From Azolla caroliniana (lineage: Eukaryota > Plantae > Polypodiophyta), in the NCBI GenBank assembly GCA_043228905.1, contig JBHGNT010000014.1, positions 12,338,001 to 12,402,000 on the forward strand: a DNA stretch of 64,000 bases, in the 5' to 3' direction. The notes under the pieces were generated by a model. That model was not told where the DNA came from. It did no database searches and saw only the letters and a list, made by a program, of their open reading frames with translations. Positions 10,792 to 24,004 of the stretch are shown piece after piece (position 1 is the stretch's first letter; every line of letters begins with the position of its first letter). Made by a program: the position numbers and the translations under genes.

Positions 10792-12599
10792 CCTCCCTTG
10801 CCGCCTTTCACGTCGGGTTCACCAAATATGTCGCGTTGTTACGCGCGTGCATGGGGAAAGGCGGGACCACGGGGGTCTTGGAGTAGGGAGCGACGGAGCG
10901 TAGGAAGTCGCACTTCACCGTTTCCGGGGCATCCCAGAAGCACACCGGAAGCAACCGAAGGGAGAGAAAGAGAGAGCGTGCTTAACACCGACTCACGCAC
11001 ACACACCCACACACGCACGCACACACAGCCCAACCCGACTCACGCCTTATGTACAGAAAACGCAGGAAAGGGTAGGCACCCGACGCCAACAACGACGCGA
11101 ATATACACAGACAAACATATATATATATACTTATAAAGGGAAGAATACATTCCCGGCGTCGAGCCGGATTGAGGTAGGTTACAGTAGTCGTCTGCTGCCA
11201 AGCCGCTGTCGGGGAGCTCTCAGCTCGTCGCGCCGAGCGGGGTCTTGCATAGGAGGACGAACACAAGCCAACCCTAAGCGAACACGATGGGGGAGAAGAA
11301 GAAGAAGAAACTAACTCTAAACCTAACGGTATACCCTCTAATGCAAAATGGGCAACCCTTACACAAAGGGCGTTCCCTTCCTTTTATAGAACAAGGAAAG
11401 GGGTGCGTTACAATGTGGGACAAAATCCCGACTTACATGGGATTGTCTGTCCCGACTTGACTACTCTTCGGCGCCATAAAGGCGCCCTCGATATTCACAC
11501 TAAATGTACACGGGTGCGTACACACGCTGCACCCCGCCGATGTAGCCAATGTTTCCCGGTTTCCGCCTCTGGCCGAAATTCTTCACGACAACGTGACATT
11601 AAAAGTGACTCATGCACATCTAGCGTGCATGAGCCCTATACTTAGGAAATGACAAAGCATCACATGCACATTTAGTGTGCATGGACACAGTTGGTGAAAA
11701 AGCATGAAGCCATGCTTAGCCTCTTCCATCTTTATATAAGGAGGAGAGAAATACGTATAAGGTTGTTGATTAATATACAAGGATTGATCAATCTAATATA
11801 TTCGTGGGATTCACGAATTTTGCCATCTAAATTACTCTTATAATCTAAATATTGTTTTAAATACACTAAACTCGTCGGATTCACGAGTTTGCTATCTTAC
11901 TTCTCTTTCCACTATTCATAACTAGCCTTAAGTTGTATTCCTCTTCCTCCTAGTCAAAAACCTCGGCGGTTCCCACCCGACTCACGCAACGATCCGGAGG
12001 CGAAGGGCACGACAACACGAGCGGTTACAACCGAACAGGCCGGCGAACAGATGCCGATGCCTACTCGTCTGCGCACGAAAGGGGATAGGATGGAGGTGCT
12101 ACCGGAAGCACACGGGCGTTCCTCGAAGCAGCGCGAGCCTCCCGAAAACCTGCAGAGAAGAGCGATGGAGAACGAACAGAGGAGAAGCGTTCGGTTTCGG
12201 TCCGACAACACTTCGTCCTCAATAAAATTTTATATATCTGTCTCCTCGCATCTCCTTCTCTTTTATAGCTTCGAGAGGGGAGCCGTTTCCCTCATTAACT
12301 TCCTACATACCGAATCTAACTACCTAGGATATACCTTTGTACCCCATTCTCTATTATATACATTAAAGGGCGCGCACGCGTGAAGAGCCGGTTCACGCGC
12401 GCTATGCACCGATTACGCTAAGGGACGGTTTTCTTCACGACAGCGTAGTGGCGGATCTTCACGACAACGTGGAAGGAGCAAATGTAGTAGCGCTGGATTC
12501 GACACACAAGAACTTCCCGGTATGGGAACAAGGCGCAAGCAGAGTATTGTATTGTACCGATTACGCTAAGGGACGGTTTTCTTCACGACATCCGCCCCC

Positions 12600-15500
12600 A
12601 CCTAACCGCGCATCCACCGGTATGCGCCAAAATTGGGTTCTGGTTGGAGAAAACCGGTCTGGGTTCCGGTTCCTCGTCCAACGGTTCGTCCTCCGTTTCG
12701 GACTGTTCGTCGTCGCTGTCCAGGCCTCTTAGATCTGGTTTGCCGTCATGGCGCTTCTTGAACACTTTGATCCGCTTCCCTGCTACCGGTATCGCCATCC
12801 TCGTACCGTCGAGTTCCGCCAGGTGATACGTCCCGTTGTCGTTGGCGCTCGTCACCACGTAAGGTCCGAACCACCACTTGGCAAACTTCCGTGTTGCCCG
12901 GTGCTAGTTGTCGAGGCTGCTGTCGTAGACTAGCACCCAGTCGCCTTCCTCGATTTTCTTTGGTCGGAGCCGGTGCGTTCGGTCGAACCGGGCTTTGTTC
13001 CTCATCCTCGTCGTCCGAAGTCTCTCCGCCGCTCGTTCCACGTCCTCTGGCCTCTGCTCGAGCTGCCGTATACGTGCCGCTAGCAGTTCTTCCCAGCTCA
13101 TCTCGTCTCTCCAGTCCACTGTCGCCCAAGAGGAGATCGTCCGTTCTATCGGCATGATCGGCTTCTGTCCGAACATGAGCTCTGACGGCATGAACCCGGT
13201 TACCGAACTGTGCGTTGTCCGGTCCGCCCACAAGGCATAAGGTAACAGTCGTGGCCAGTTCCCGACCTAGCCTTCGCACGCCCGAACTAGCGCTTTGACG
13301 ATCGGTCCGTGTCCGCGCTCCACCTTCCCGTTCGCCTCCGGATTGTACGCTGTGGTGAGCGAGAGCTTGACCCCTAACCGGTCGAACAGCTCCTCGGCCT
13401 CTTTGGCGTCCAACTCCCCGCGGTCGGCCACGATCTTCCCGACACACCCGTACCGGCATATCACGTCCTCGATTAGGAACCGACACACGGCCGCGGTCGT
13501 TTTGTTCTGCAGGGTTTGTCCTTCCACCTGGTTCGTCAGGTCCTCCCGGGCCAACACCAGATATCGCATCTGCCCTATGCCCATTGGCATCGTCACCAAA
13601 TCTACCATCCATTTGAAGTGGATGGCCGGAGGGTATGTAGGGTGAAGCTCGTCCCGATGTCGGACTATGGAGTGTAACTGACAGCTCTCACAAGTTGTCA
13701 CGAACCGATGCATGTCCCGGTACAGTCCCGGCCACCAATACTTCCCCTTAAGTTTCTCGAACGTGGCCCACGTCCCACTGTGTCCAGCCAAGGGCTGTCG
13801 TGGTAGGCCTTCAACAACTCCTCCTGTTCCTCCTCCATCGCCACTACTCGGAGCGGGATGCCGTTTCTCTTCTTCGGGTGCTTCCACAGGTATCCGTCCC
13901 GGAGAAAGAATCGGTATGCTTTCCTCGTTCTTTGTCCATGACGCGTCCGGCGTCATCGTCCTCAAGAATCCCCCAATCTGAAGCCACTCCCCGTCGTACT
14001 TGCTCTCATTGAAATCGTTAAGTGCCGGAGTGCTCCCCCCCTTGGTTGTTACGTAAGCCGCCTCGAAGAAGTCCACGCCGACTTCCTCGTCCTCCGAAAC
14101 CATGCCGCCATTGTCGTCGAATCGCGCCCTCGAAAGCATGTCGGCCATGGCATTGTCTTTCCCGGAAATGTGTCGTATTTCCGGATCCAGGGACTTGATG
14201 TACGCTATCCACCTGAGCATCGCCAGGTCTGGGGTTGCGCATCCGGAAACCATGCCGAGAATCGGCAGGCAGTCAGTCTCTATAATCACCTCTGTCCCGA
14301 TTAGATAGTCTTTATCGGCCTTCACCGCCGGAACGATACCCCAGAGTTCGCGTTTAACCTGGGCGTATCCTCGCTGTCGCTCGCTGAGGACCTTCGCGCC
14401 GAACCAAATTGGGAACCGAATGCCGTCCTCATCTTCTTGGTTGACGACCCATCCGATCCCGGGCGGACTTGTATCTACCGTTATGTAGATGGGAGTGCCT
14501 TTCTCGTAGACAACCTTCCGGAGTGCCGGAGCTGCAGCAAGAGCCTCCTTCATCTTTCGGACCGACTCCGTATGCTCGTCTCGCCACTCGAATTTTCGCC
14601 CCTTTTTCAGCAACCCGTACAGCGGCTCGGCAACGTGGGCGTAATGCGGGATCCAAATGTGGTAGAACGCGCATGCTCCCGAGAACCTCCGCACCTCCGT
14701 GACCGAGTTACAGTCGGGCTTCATTGCGGAGATGGCTTCCACCTTAGCCGGAGACGGTTTCCGGCCATACGGTCCGCATAGATGTCCGACGACCATGATC
14801 TCTGATTTCCCGAAGGCCGATTTCTCCCCGGAGAAGGTGAGCCTCGCGTCCTCTAGCCTCTGCAGCACCCTCTCGCAGTCGTCAATGTGTGTCGCCACGA
14901 ATTTCTGGCATCCGTCCGGTCCGATCGTTTCGTCTTTTTCCTCCACCGGACATCCCTTGATCGAGATGTCGTCCAAGAATGGCATGGTGATGTCCGGGAT
15001 ACAATCCCTCAGCACCTTGTTCATCGCATTCACCATGTGGGCCACCGAGTTCGTCCCTCCTTGTGGCAGGGTACACATCTGCACTAGGCCGAGAGGAGTC
15101 CGCATCGTCGTAATGTCTCTGCTCTCCACGGCTAGTTGGAACTGATCGTACCCCCAGTACAGATCACCGATCGAGTAGATCGACCTTCCGGCGAAGGCCT
15201 CCGCGAACTCGTCTATCGTTGGTCCGATTCCTACGTTCCGAATGGTCACTCTGTTGACCAGTTGCAGGTCTTGAATGAAGCGCAACGTCCCGTTCTTCTT
15301 CGGTACGGTAAACCACCGGTTCGAGTACGGGGCACTCGACGGTTCGAGGATGCCCATATCGACTTTCTGCCTCAACAGCTCCATCAGCTCCGGGATGTGA
15401 GCTCTCGGTACCAGAATTGGTTTGAGATTCCATAGCACATGCGGTACAGTGAATATCACCATCGGCTTCACGACTGTCGGGTCTACGCACCCGATCTCTT

Positions 15501-16152
15501 CCGGTGAGAATGCGAAGGCTTTCCCGTGCCTTCCGAGCATTCTCTGAAACCGGTCTTCTTCCGCCGGCAGTAGGAACCCGCCCCCACCGATTTTGAGCTC
15601 CCGTAGCGTTTTGTCGGTGAAGGTGTGTCCTATGCAGGCCGGATCTCGTAAACTAGGGTCCGACTCGACCCCCTTGATTCGCAACTCGCTGCCCTCCGGT
15701 AAGGGTGCCGCGACTGGCCTTACCTTCTGGTCCACAGTTTTGTACTTCGTGTTAACTCGGGCCGTCCGATCCGACTGGAGCCCCCGACTGAAGTTTGCGA
15801 TGACTTCGTACATCTCTTCCGAACAAACCGGTATCGTCCGGTCCTCTTTAAGGCCCTCTCCGACCACCTCTCGCAATATTCCCAAGGTATCGTCGAAGGA
15901 GACCGCCTCCACGGCACCGTTGATTTCCTTGCTGGGCCCGAGAACTCCGCACGCCCGAAGTCGCTCTTTCGCCCTTGTCTTTTCTCGGCCAACGACGCCA
16001 ACTATCGTACACCCTCCGTTGTCGGAGAAACAAAACTTCCTACTTATGGTACAAGGTTTCTTCGGTTTCCCCTCTGTCGTACATTTCTGGGGTTTTCCCG
16101 AAGTGTTCGGACTATTGCGGCCCCACGCCTTGACAACCCTCTCTAAAAATCC
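12600..16152 (-). pseudogene. Pol (RT-RH-INT) of element C
   Basis: ORF 13267..16629 (RT PFLDD, RH, INT) plus downstream pieces 12904..13233 and 12583..12858, separated by stops and frameshifts. Confidence 0.9.
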
Positions 16153-18010
16153 TCTCGGTTCTCGCCATCGAGGGACTCGCGGTTTCGCTCGTGGTTCGGT
16201 CGCACCGTCAGGATCTGGACCGAATGACGCCCGTCTTGACTCTTGACCCTCGCGTAAGCCGACCCGTTGTCCAGCACCTTGGTCTCGATCCGTGCTGCCG
16301 TAATGTACGGTTCTCCCAGTATAACCAGGTGCGAGGACGTCTCCTGCACAAAGAAGTGCTGGTCTATCTCGACATCGCCGATCTTGACTTGCACGTTGGG
16401 GCAGGCCCCGTGTAGTTCCTCGGTGGCGCGCGTCGCTGCCCATATCTTCAACCCGTGCTTGGTGTTGATCGGTCATTTCCCCTTCTTGTAGAAGTCCATG
16501 GACATCAGGTTTATTTCCGAACTGTGGTCCACCAACGCCACCACCGGTTCCTGAACATCTCCGATCTTCACCGGGGTTTCCGTGGTCGCTTGGGCCTAGT
16601 GTGGCCTCGAATAGTGGCTCTTCGCCCACTCATCTTCCAGCGCCATGTCCTCTATGTGCGTCGTCCGCACCTCCACCGGCCTTTCTAGTTCTGTCTCCGT
16701 CGACAACCTCTTCCTCTTCACCAAGTCTACAATGGAGTTGTGGAACTCCTTCTTGGCGATCCCGAGCACCTTCCGCAACGACAAATCCACCTTGCTGTCG
16801 AGGATTCGTTCTTCCAGGACCTTTCGTAGGTCCGTGGTCCTTTCGATCTCCGTGCCCAACCGATATCCGCCCTTCTTGTGGTTATCCTGGGCACTGGTCT
16901 CGCCGGCCTCGTTCCGTTTCGGTCTGAATCGGGTTTCGTATCTCTGTGAGGGTCCGGCCCCTCCGGTTTTACCTACCCGTTTGTCTTCAACCAGAGCCTC
17001 GTAGTGCTGGCAAGCTGCTTCGATGAAACCCGTCTTTTCTTCGACCAGGTCACTCCACCCGGTTACCTCCTGGACCCACTTCTCCGCGCGGTCCGCCTCT
17101 TCTTTCCGTAGTCGGGCACCGGCGAGGCCTTCCAGCATCGTCGGCCAGAACCCGACTTTGCTCTCCTTCTGGGCCTCGCTGCCTTCGACCCGAATACCGG
17201 CTGACGCCGAGTAGTGGACGGTCTCCGCGTGCCGGGCCGCCGCCTCTTCCATAAGCCTTTTCATTCCTCCTCGCCCGTCGTTTCGGTTTAGGGCCCTCCG
17301 GGTATCACTGGCGTGCACCCGACCTTCCCATAGGTACAGTACCCGGCTTCTCAAAGCCTCCGCAAAGTCCCCGCAGTCTTTCCGGATGTGGCCGACCTAT
17401 TTCCTGCCGGAGGCCGTCGGTCACGAGCCTGTTCGCCGCCTTCCCTCCGAGCATGGGCGATCTGGAGATCCTTTACCGCCCGTGTCAACTCCTCCAAAGT
17501 TGTTCCCCCGGACGAGCCTCTGACCACGCCGGTCGAAGCCGAACCGGTTTCGAGCCACTCCCGGGTCTCTTCCCTTCGCGCCTGTGGTATCGGTTCGAGC
17601 TTCCTTGCCGCGACAGGACCCGCCCCGGTCGCCCCTGTATCAGCCCACTCCCACTGTTTGTCAAAACGGCCGCAGACTCTTTTTACCGCGGCCCAGTCGG
17701 CCGTCAGCCTGTCTTCGGTTTCCAATAAGGAGCCCACTTGCTCCCGATCCCGTGCGTCAACCGATTTGACAAACAGTAGGACACGACTTGTGTCTAGAAC
17801 GGTCCGATCGAGTGTCGAAAGGCACGCAAAGCGTTCCTCAAACTCCCAGAGGAGTACCGACGCATTTCTTCCTTTGTTGGGGGACTCCACCCACTCCATG
17901 AAGCCCCGCTTCGAAAGCCGAAGCGTGTCATCGAGCCCGTATTTCTCCAGGAGCCGTACCTCTGCAAGATCCGACCCCCTCATCTTCTGCTCCTCTGCCG
18001 CCTTGTTCAC
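16143..18010 (-). pseudogene. Gag-protease ORF1 of element C, disrupted
   Basis: ORFs 17351..18010, 16596..17354 and 16143..16451. Protease-like LVDHSSEIN near 16515-16540. The frame ends GAT TTT TAG. Confidence 0.8.
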
Positions 18011-18682
18011 GTCGGGTTCACCAAAGATGTCGCGTTGCTACGCGCGTGCGTGGAGAACGAGGCGGGACCACCGGGGTCTTGAACCAAAGAGCAGGTGATA
18101 GAAGGGGAAAGAGAAAGAGAGAGACGCCCGGTTACGTATGAGCAAAGAAACACAGGGACACGACCCTGTCAACGTAGAAGACACGAATGGACACAGAGAC
18201 AGAGAGACACGAATGTTTGTATATTAATGAATGACAAATAAACAATAGAGCACGCGAGCGGTTACAACCGAATAGGCCGGCGAACAGATGCCGATGCCTA
18301 CTCATCTGCGCACGAAAGGGGATAGGATGGAGGTGCTACCGGAAGCACACGGGCGTTCCTCGAAGCAGCGCGAGCCTCCCGAAAACCTGCAGAGAAGAGC
18401 GATGGAGAACGAACAGAGGAGAAGCGTTCGGTTTCGGTCCGACAACACTTCGTCCTCCTCAATAAAATTTTATATATCTGTCTCCCCGCGTCTCCCTCTC
18501 TTTTATAGCTTCAAGAGGGGAGCTGTTTCCCTCATTAACTTCCTACCTACCGAATCTAACTACCTAGGATATACCTTTGTACCCCATTCTCTATTGTATA
18601 CATTAAAGGGCGCGCACGCGTGAAGAGCCGGTTCACGCGCGCTATGCACCGATTACGCTAAGGGACGGTTTTCTTCACGACA

Positions 18683-18706
18683 GCGTAGTGGCGGATCTTC
18701 ACGACA
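18683..18706 (-). repeat. 24-bp LTR tip of a further Gypsy copy, into which element C inserted
   Basis: Reads TGTCGTGAAGATCCGCCACTACGC on the minus strand, the same TGTCGTGAAG terminus as B and C. It abuts Copia gag sequence. Confidence 0.6.
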
Positions 18707-19603
18707 ACGTGGAAGGAGCAAATGTAGTAGCGCTGGATTCGACACACAAGAACTTCCCGGTATGGGAACAAGGCGCAAGCAGAGTATTGTATTGTCTCGC
18801 ATTTTGTGTGCATGAACAGATGCTTGGCTACATGAAGGATGCAAAAACGCCGAAAGAGGCCTAGGAAAATCTCCGGATGATTTTCGCCGTAAGTACCATG
18901 GCTCAGAAGTTGCAACAGACGGAGGAGCCAACATGGAGAAACCGACGGTGGAGACGCGCCAAAGTCGCAACATCAAAGGAGTTGAGATGTGTCTTCTGAG
19001 CAGACAAGCCGACTGAGAAGGTCGAGATACACGGAACCGGACGGGTCGTGGAAAGTGGAACCGGACCGGACGAGGAGCGAGAGATAGGCAGGAGGACATG
19101 AGGGGGAGTGGAGGAGAGGACCGACTACCATAGACACAAACACAGATACTGTGACCAGACCTCAAGTTAAGCTTGAGGGGGAGTGTTGAGTGGACAAGCT
19201 CAACCAGATCTGGATCGGTTGAATAAGCTAGAGCCGGATCGGAGTCCAGAATGGAGAATCGGATCGGAGTCTAGAAGCAGGAGCCGTATCAGATTGGAAC
19301 CAATAGGCCGTTAGAGGCCTACGAATCTAACCTAGTACGTAGGCATAGTTTTAGGAGTAAGCATCAGTCGCTTGTATGAGCATTGAAGTACTTGTCAGTA
19401 CTTTTAAGGACTTGTATAAAAGTGCTCACTGAGCACATTGTATGTACAATGTTATTATTTTGAATTGAGTTTATGCTTTTTGCTCTCTCTGCCTATCATG
19501 TGTATTCTTTGTTCTTAAGCTTCCATTAAACCTTCACTCTGTCTTATTGTTGGAATTCGACTGAGACGGTTTGTCTACAAGCTTTCGCACGTTATTCTTA
19601 ACA
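18707..19603 (+). mobile_element. Deleted Ty1/Copia remnant with 3' LTR 19184-19603
   Basis: Gag fragment (WEQGASRVLYC) joined to the 3' region, PPT TTGAGGGGGAG, LTR TGTTGAG...AACA. Confidence 0.8.
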
Positions 19604-19676
19604 AAAAGGGACATGGAAAGCCTGTAAAAACTAATCTATAAAGAATCGGATGGATTTTGTGTAGTAGAAGAACTGT

Positions 19677-19697
19677 ATGTGTGTGTGTGTGTGTGTG

Positions 19698-19724
<27 letters not shown>
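19677..19724. repeat. (TG)n(GA)n compound microsatellite
   Basis: Direct reading. Confidence 0.9.
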
Positions 19725-19728
<4 letters not shown>

Positions 19729-22700
19729 CAGAAAAACAGAAAATTGTATTACAAGGAAGCAAGAATGACCAACATTACAAAGAGAAGGAGAAGGTGCTTA
19801 TGCAATCACCTTCTCTCTAGATTCTCTCACTAGAGACACCTCTTGAGAAAGAGATAGAGTCTTAACTACTTAAAGAATATGTGTCATAGGAGAAAGAAAG
19901 AAAGAAAGAAATATTAATGTCTTCTAAGGCCAAAATTGGCCCAAAAGACAATTGGTTTACGACAAAATGAGTATTTATCCAGTCATCATAACTATTTGTG
20001 TGTGTATGTGTGTAAGAGAGCGGAGAGGAGAGAAACACAAGTTAGATTAAATAGAATGAAAAAAAAAAAGAATGCTCAAGAAGAAGATGTATATTAACAA
20101 GGAATATGAGATACAAAAATGTAGCATTACTAGGGAGGACAACCAACCCTCTATGAAGTAAGAGGAGGGGGCTTTATATAAGGTCACCGCTCTCTTCATT
20201 AACTCACCACAACACCCACTCTCTCTTGGGGAATGTGGAGACTCATTAGTCATGGGGAATATGAAACTCATTAATTATATGTCATAGAATATGTTTATAT
20301 GACATAGTTAATGTGTAGAGAGTAGTGGTGTGACTTTTGACCTTTGAGTGCTCATAGATTCTCAAAGGGTATGTTCACACATAAAGTTGAGCTTGATTCT
20401 AAACACACCCCCTCAAGCTCAACTTGGTCGGCTCCTTTCGGTTGATGTTTGCTTTGGCTAATATCCGGTTCAGACGATATCCGGTGTCCACTGCGGCTGG
20501 TACCCGGTTCTCTCTTGTACTCTCCCTCAATTTGGCAAGTCAAGGATCGTCAATCCAAGGTTTGACATGAATTGTCGAAGCTTGTCAGCTCCTAAGGCTT
20601 TGGTGAAGATGTCGGCTGTCTAAAGATGTGTGCTAATGTGTTGAAGGTCGACATCACCTACGCAAACGTGCTCTCGAATGAATTGATAGTGCACTTCGAT
20701 ATGCTTCCTGCATGCGTGGAACACCGGGTTTTGAGCCAGTAGTGGGGAGTTAGATCCTTGACGGGAATGCCTAGATCCTTCAAAATCCTCTTGAGCCATA
20801 TGGCCTCATGTGCAACCACGACTGCATCACTGTATTCGGCCTCTATGCTTGAAAGTGCAACAGTCGGCTGCTTCTTGCTACTCCACGAAATCGCTCCGTA
20901 GCCGAGGGAGAAAATAAATCCGGAGGTCGATCGTCAATCGGCTCTGTAACTGGCCCAATTGGCATCTGTGTACCCTTCGAGTCTATTTGCTGTGGCCGAT
21001 TCGTAGAGAATACCACAATCCATTGTGCCAATCATGTATCGTAATACTCGCTTAACATAATCGAAGTGAATGTCTCGTGGTTTTTGCATGAATTGGCTGA
21101 GCAGACCGACTAGGTAGCTAAGGTTAGGTCAAGTGACCGTGAGATAGATGAGGCTCCTGATCAATTGTCAATACTGAGTCTGCTCGCACTCTTCTGTGTC
21201 AGAGTCGACATCAAGTTTGAGATTTCGGTCGAGAGGGGTCGCAACCGATTTACACTCAGTCATCCCGAACTTGTATAACAAGTTAAGGATGTAGTGTCGT
21301 TAAGAGTTCATAATGCCGGCTGGAGTCCGCATTACCTCGATGCCAAGGAAGTAATGGAGCTCCTTCATGTCTGTCATCTCGAATTTGCCAACGAGGAGGG
21401 ACTTGACCTTGTAGATGTCGACTAGATTTTCACCTCCAATGACCAAATCATCCACATATAGAATGATGACAATCGGACTTTCAGAATCACTTCTTATGTA
21501 GAGGGAGTTGTTGGATTTCAACATTCGGAAGCTAATTCGATGAAGATATTGTGTTATCTTCGAATGTCAAGCACCTGGTGCTTGCTTAAGGCCGTAGGGA
21601 GGCTTTCTGAGTTGGCATAAAACTTTCAGATGAATGTTGGATTCAAAGCCGGATGGGTGTACCATGTACACCTCTTCTAATTCGCCTTGAAGAAAGACAT
21701 TCTTGACGTCCATCTAATGGAGGTGCCACCTTTTCGCCAGTGCGAGTGCAGTGAGTGGGGGGCGAGATCCCATGTCTCATTCTTGCATAGTGTGTGCATC
21801 TCTTCGTTCATTGCTTCGACCTAGCATGGATCCTTGGCTACTTCGAAAAAACTTTCCGGTTCTCAAATTGTCGCCACCTTCATCATAAAGGCATAGTGGT
21901 ATGCCATATAATCATTGTAGCCGAATCGGTTAACAGGATTCTTCTCGCGGGTGGAGTGACGGAGTTAATCGTTTGCAGTGGCAATGGCTTTCTTTACACC
22001 AAGTGTCCTCATGATAGGTACATCGAAGCCACTGAACTCATTGTCAAGGGAGTGAGTTGATTTGTTGCTGTCAAATTGATTGTCTTCATATTCCGACATT
22101 TTCGCCTTGCCTTTGTCCATCATCGGACTAGGATGAGATGTGCTTTGGTCGCTCGGGAGCTCTTGTGGACGACTAAGCCTTATCGTAATTGGGATTTCTT
22201 TGAACATGTGTTCGAGTCGATCTCCATCTTCTATCTCTTGTTCGGCCGATTCCGGGTCGATTGGGGTTGGAGTCGGAATCGTCTCTGGTTTGTAATGATG
22301 TTGATTTGTCGAAAATGACATTCCGCCTCACTCGAACATTCCAAGTAGAGGGGTTGAAGTATTTGTACCCCTTTTGCTCCAATGAGTACCCTATGAAGAT
22401 ATATTTCTCCGACTTGGGATCTAGCTTTTGCCGCTTCTCTTCGGGGATGTGCACGTATGCAAGTGAGCCGAATATCCTAACATGGGGCAGATCCGGCTTC
22501 TTTCCATAGTACTTTTCGTGCGAGGTGACCTCCGGTTCATGAGGTAGACGACAATATTTGCTGCTTCGGCCCAATATGACTTTGGCATATTCTTTTTGTT
22601 CATCATGGCCCGTGCTACTTTCAGAATGTGTCGATTTTTGCATTCAACTACTCCTTTTTGTTGTGATGTATGTCAACACGAAAACTCTCATTGAATTCCT

Positions 22701-24004
22701 TCTTTCTAGAGAAATGCAAAAAATTCGTCAGAGAAGTACTTTTTTCCTCTGTCCGACTGAAGACATCTTACATGTCGACCTATTTCCTTTTGGACTCCAC
22801 TCTTGAATTTTTGGAAGTGTGAGAACACTTTACTCTTTTGTCGCATGGGGAAGATCCATGTATGCCTGGAGAAGTCGTCGATAAAGGTGACATAGTATCG
22901 ACATCCTCCGAATGTTGTCGTTTGAGATGGTCCCCATACATCGCAATGAATTACGTCAAGTACGTCTTTGCTCACGTTCCTCTCTTTCGGGAACGGGTGG
23001 CGATGTTGCTTGCCGAATTGGCAGGCTACACATACGCCTTCAATCTCGTTCTCTTTGAAGGTTGGGTGCCTGATGATGACTCCTTTCAATTGCATTGCCT
23101 TGAGTTTATTGAGATTGATGTGGCCAATCCTCTTGTGCCACAACTCTATGTCTGTGTCGGCTTTGGTGCCTTTTGCAAACATGGCCAATCCTCAAGAATG
23201 AACATTCAACCTTCCCTTTGATTGCGAGCGATGAGTCGACCCTATTTTTTGATGAAGCAACCGCCTTAGTTAAATCAAACTTTCATGCCTTGCTCCACAA
23301 TTTGGCCAACTGAGACCAAATTCTTCATGATGGTCAATACATGCAAGACATTCTTAACGTAAGTTAGGTTACCTTCTTTGCGGAATGGAACATTGCTGAT
23401 GTGCCAAATCAGATGAGTAATGTCATCTCCAGTTTCGACATTGTCGGGTCGATCCGGCTCTCGAAGTTCTCAAAACCATTCTTGATGTGACGTCATATGG
23501 TTCGAGGCACCGGAGTCGACAAACCATATATCTTCCGAACCAGAAGCACTAGTTGAAGTAAAGGCCTACATAGAAGTTTCTCTATGTCTCATCATGAACA
23601 TTCCGCCATGGTTGTCATAGTCGGAATTGGTGGTGTAATTAGTTAGTTTCGGCTAGTGGAAGTCGACTCACACATCTTCTTTCAACACTCTTCTTCGTGG
23701 TGGCCGATTTTGCCACAATATTTGCATTCGATCGAGTTTTGTTGGCTTGGACTGACATGGTGTCTCCCCCTTCTTCCGAAAGTTCCTTGATGGCTTCTGT
23801 CTTGTTGCCGAAATTGGGAGTTATTTTCGTGAATCAGACCTTGTCCACCTCTGTGCGAAATAGAGCTCGGCCACAACGGAGTCCCAATCACTTTATGGAA
23901 GAAAGCAGAAAAATTAGAAAGTAAGTCGGTTCTTCGAGTGTCATCTTCCGACTGATCTTTGTTGATCGACCCAGAGTTTGCAATCTTCTTCTCCGACTCC
24001 CAAC

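Larger units (their letters stand above)
7474..11590 (-). mobile_element. Non-autonomous gag-only Gypsy-type element B, complete, LTRs 7474-8233 and 10829-11590
   Basis: Near-identical ~760-bp LTRs, tRNA-Trp PBS 10807-10824, PPT at ~8234-8250, TSD ACGT (7470-7473 / 11591-11594). No pol motifs inside. Confidence 0.92.
1685..12014 (+). mobile_element. Ty3/Gypsy LTR retrotransposon A (non-chromovirus-like); 3' LTR 7190-7473 + 11595-12014, split by element B
   Basis: PBS, gag, PR, RT, RH, INT in Gypsy order. PPT GGAGGGGGCGAG at 7178-7189, then TGTCGT; the LTR ends ACGACA at 12014. Confidence 0.88.
12015..18682 (-). mobile_element. Ty3/Gypsy element C; 5' LTR 18028-18682, 3' LTR remnant 12015-12590
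   Basis: PBS 18006-18023, gag/PR 16143-18010, pol ~12600-16152, PPT at ~12591-12605. The 3' LTR is interrupted by element A. Confidence 0.9.

Noticed and set aside
16153-16629. N-terminal part of the 1120-aa ORF as real protein
   Set aside because: It is the off-frame reading of the protease region. Homology to pol begins only at GFLER, at the slippery site.
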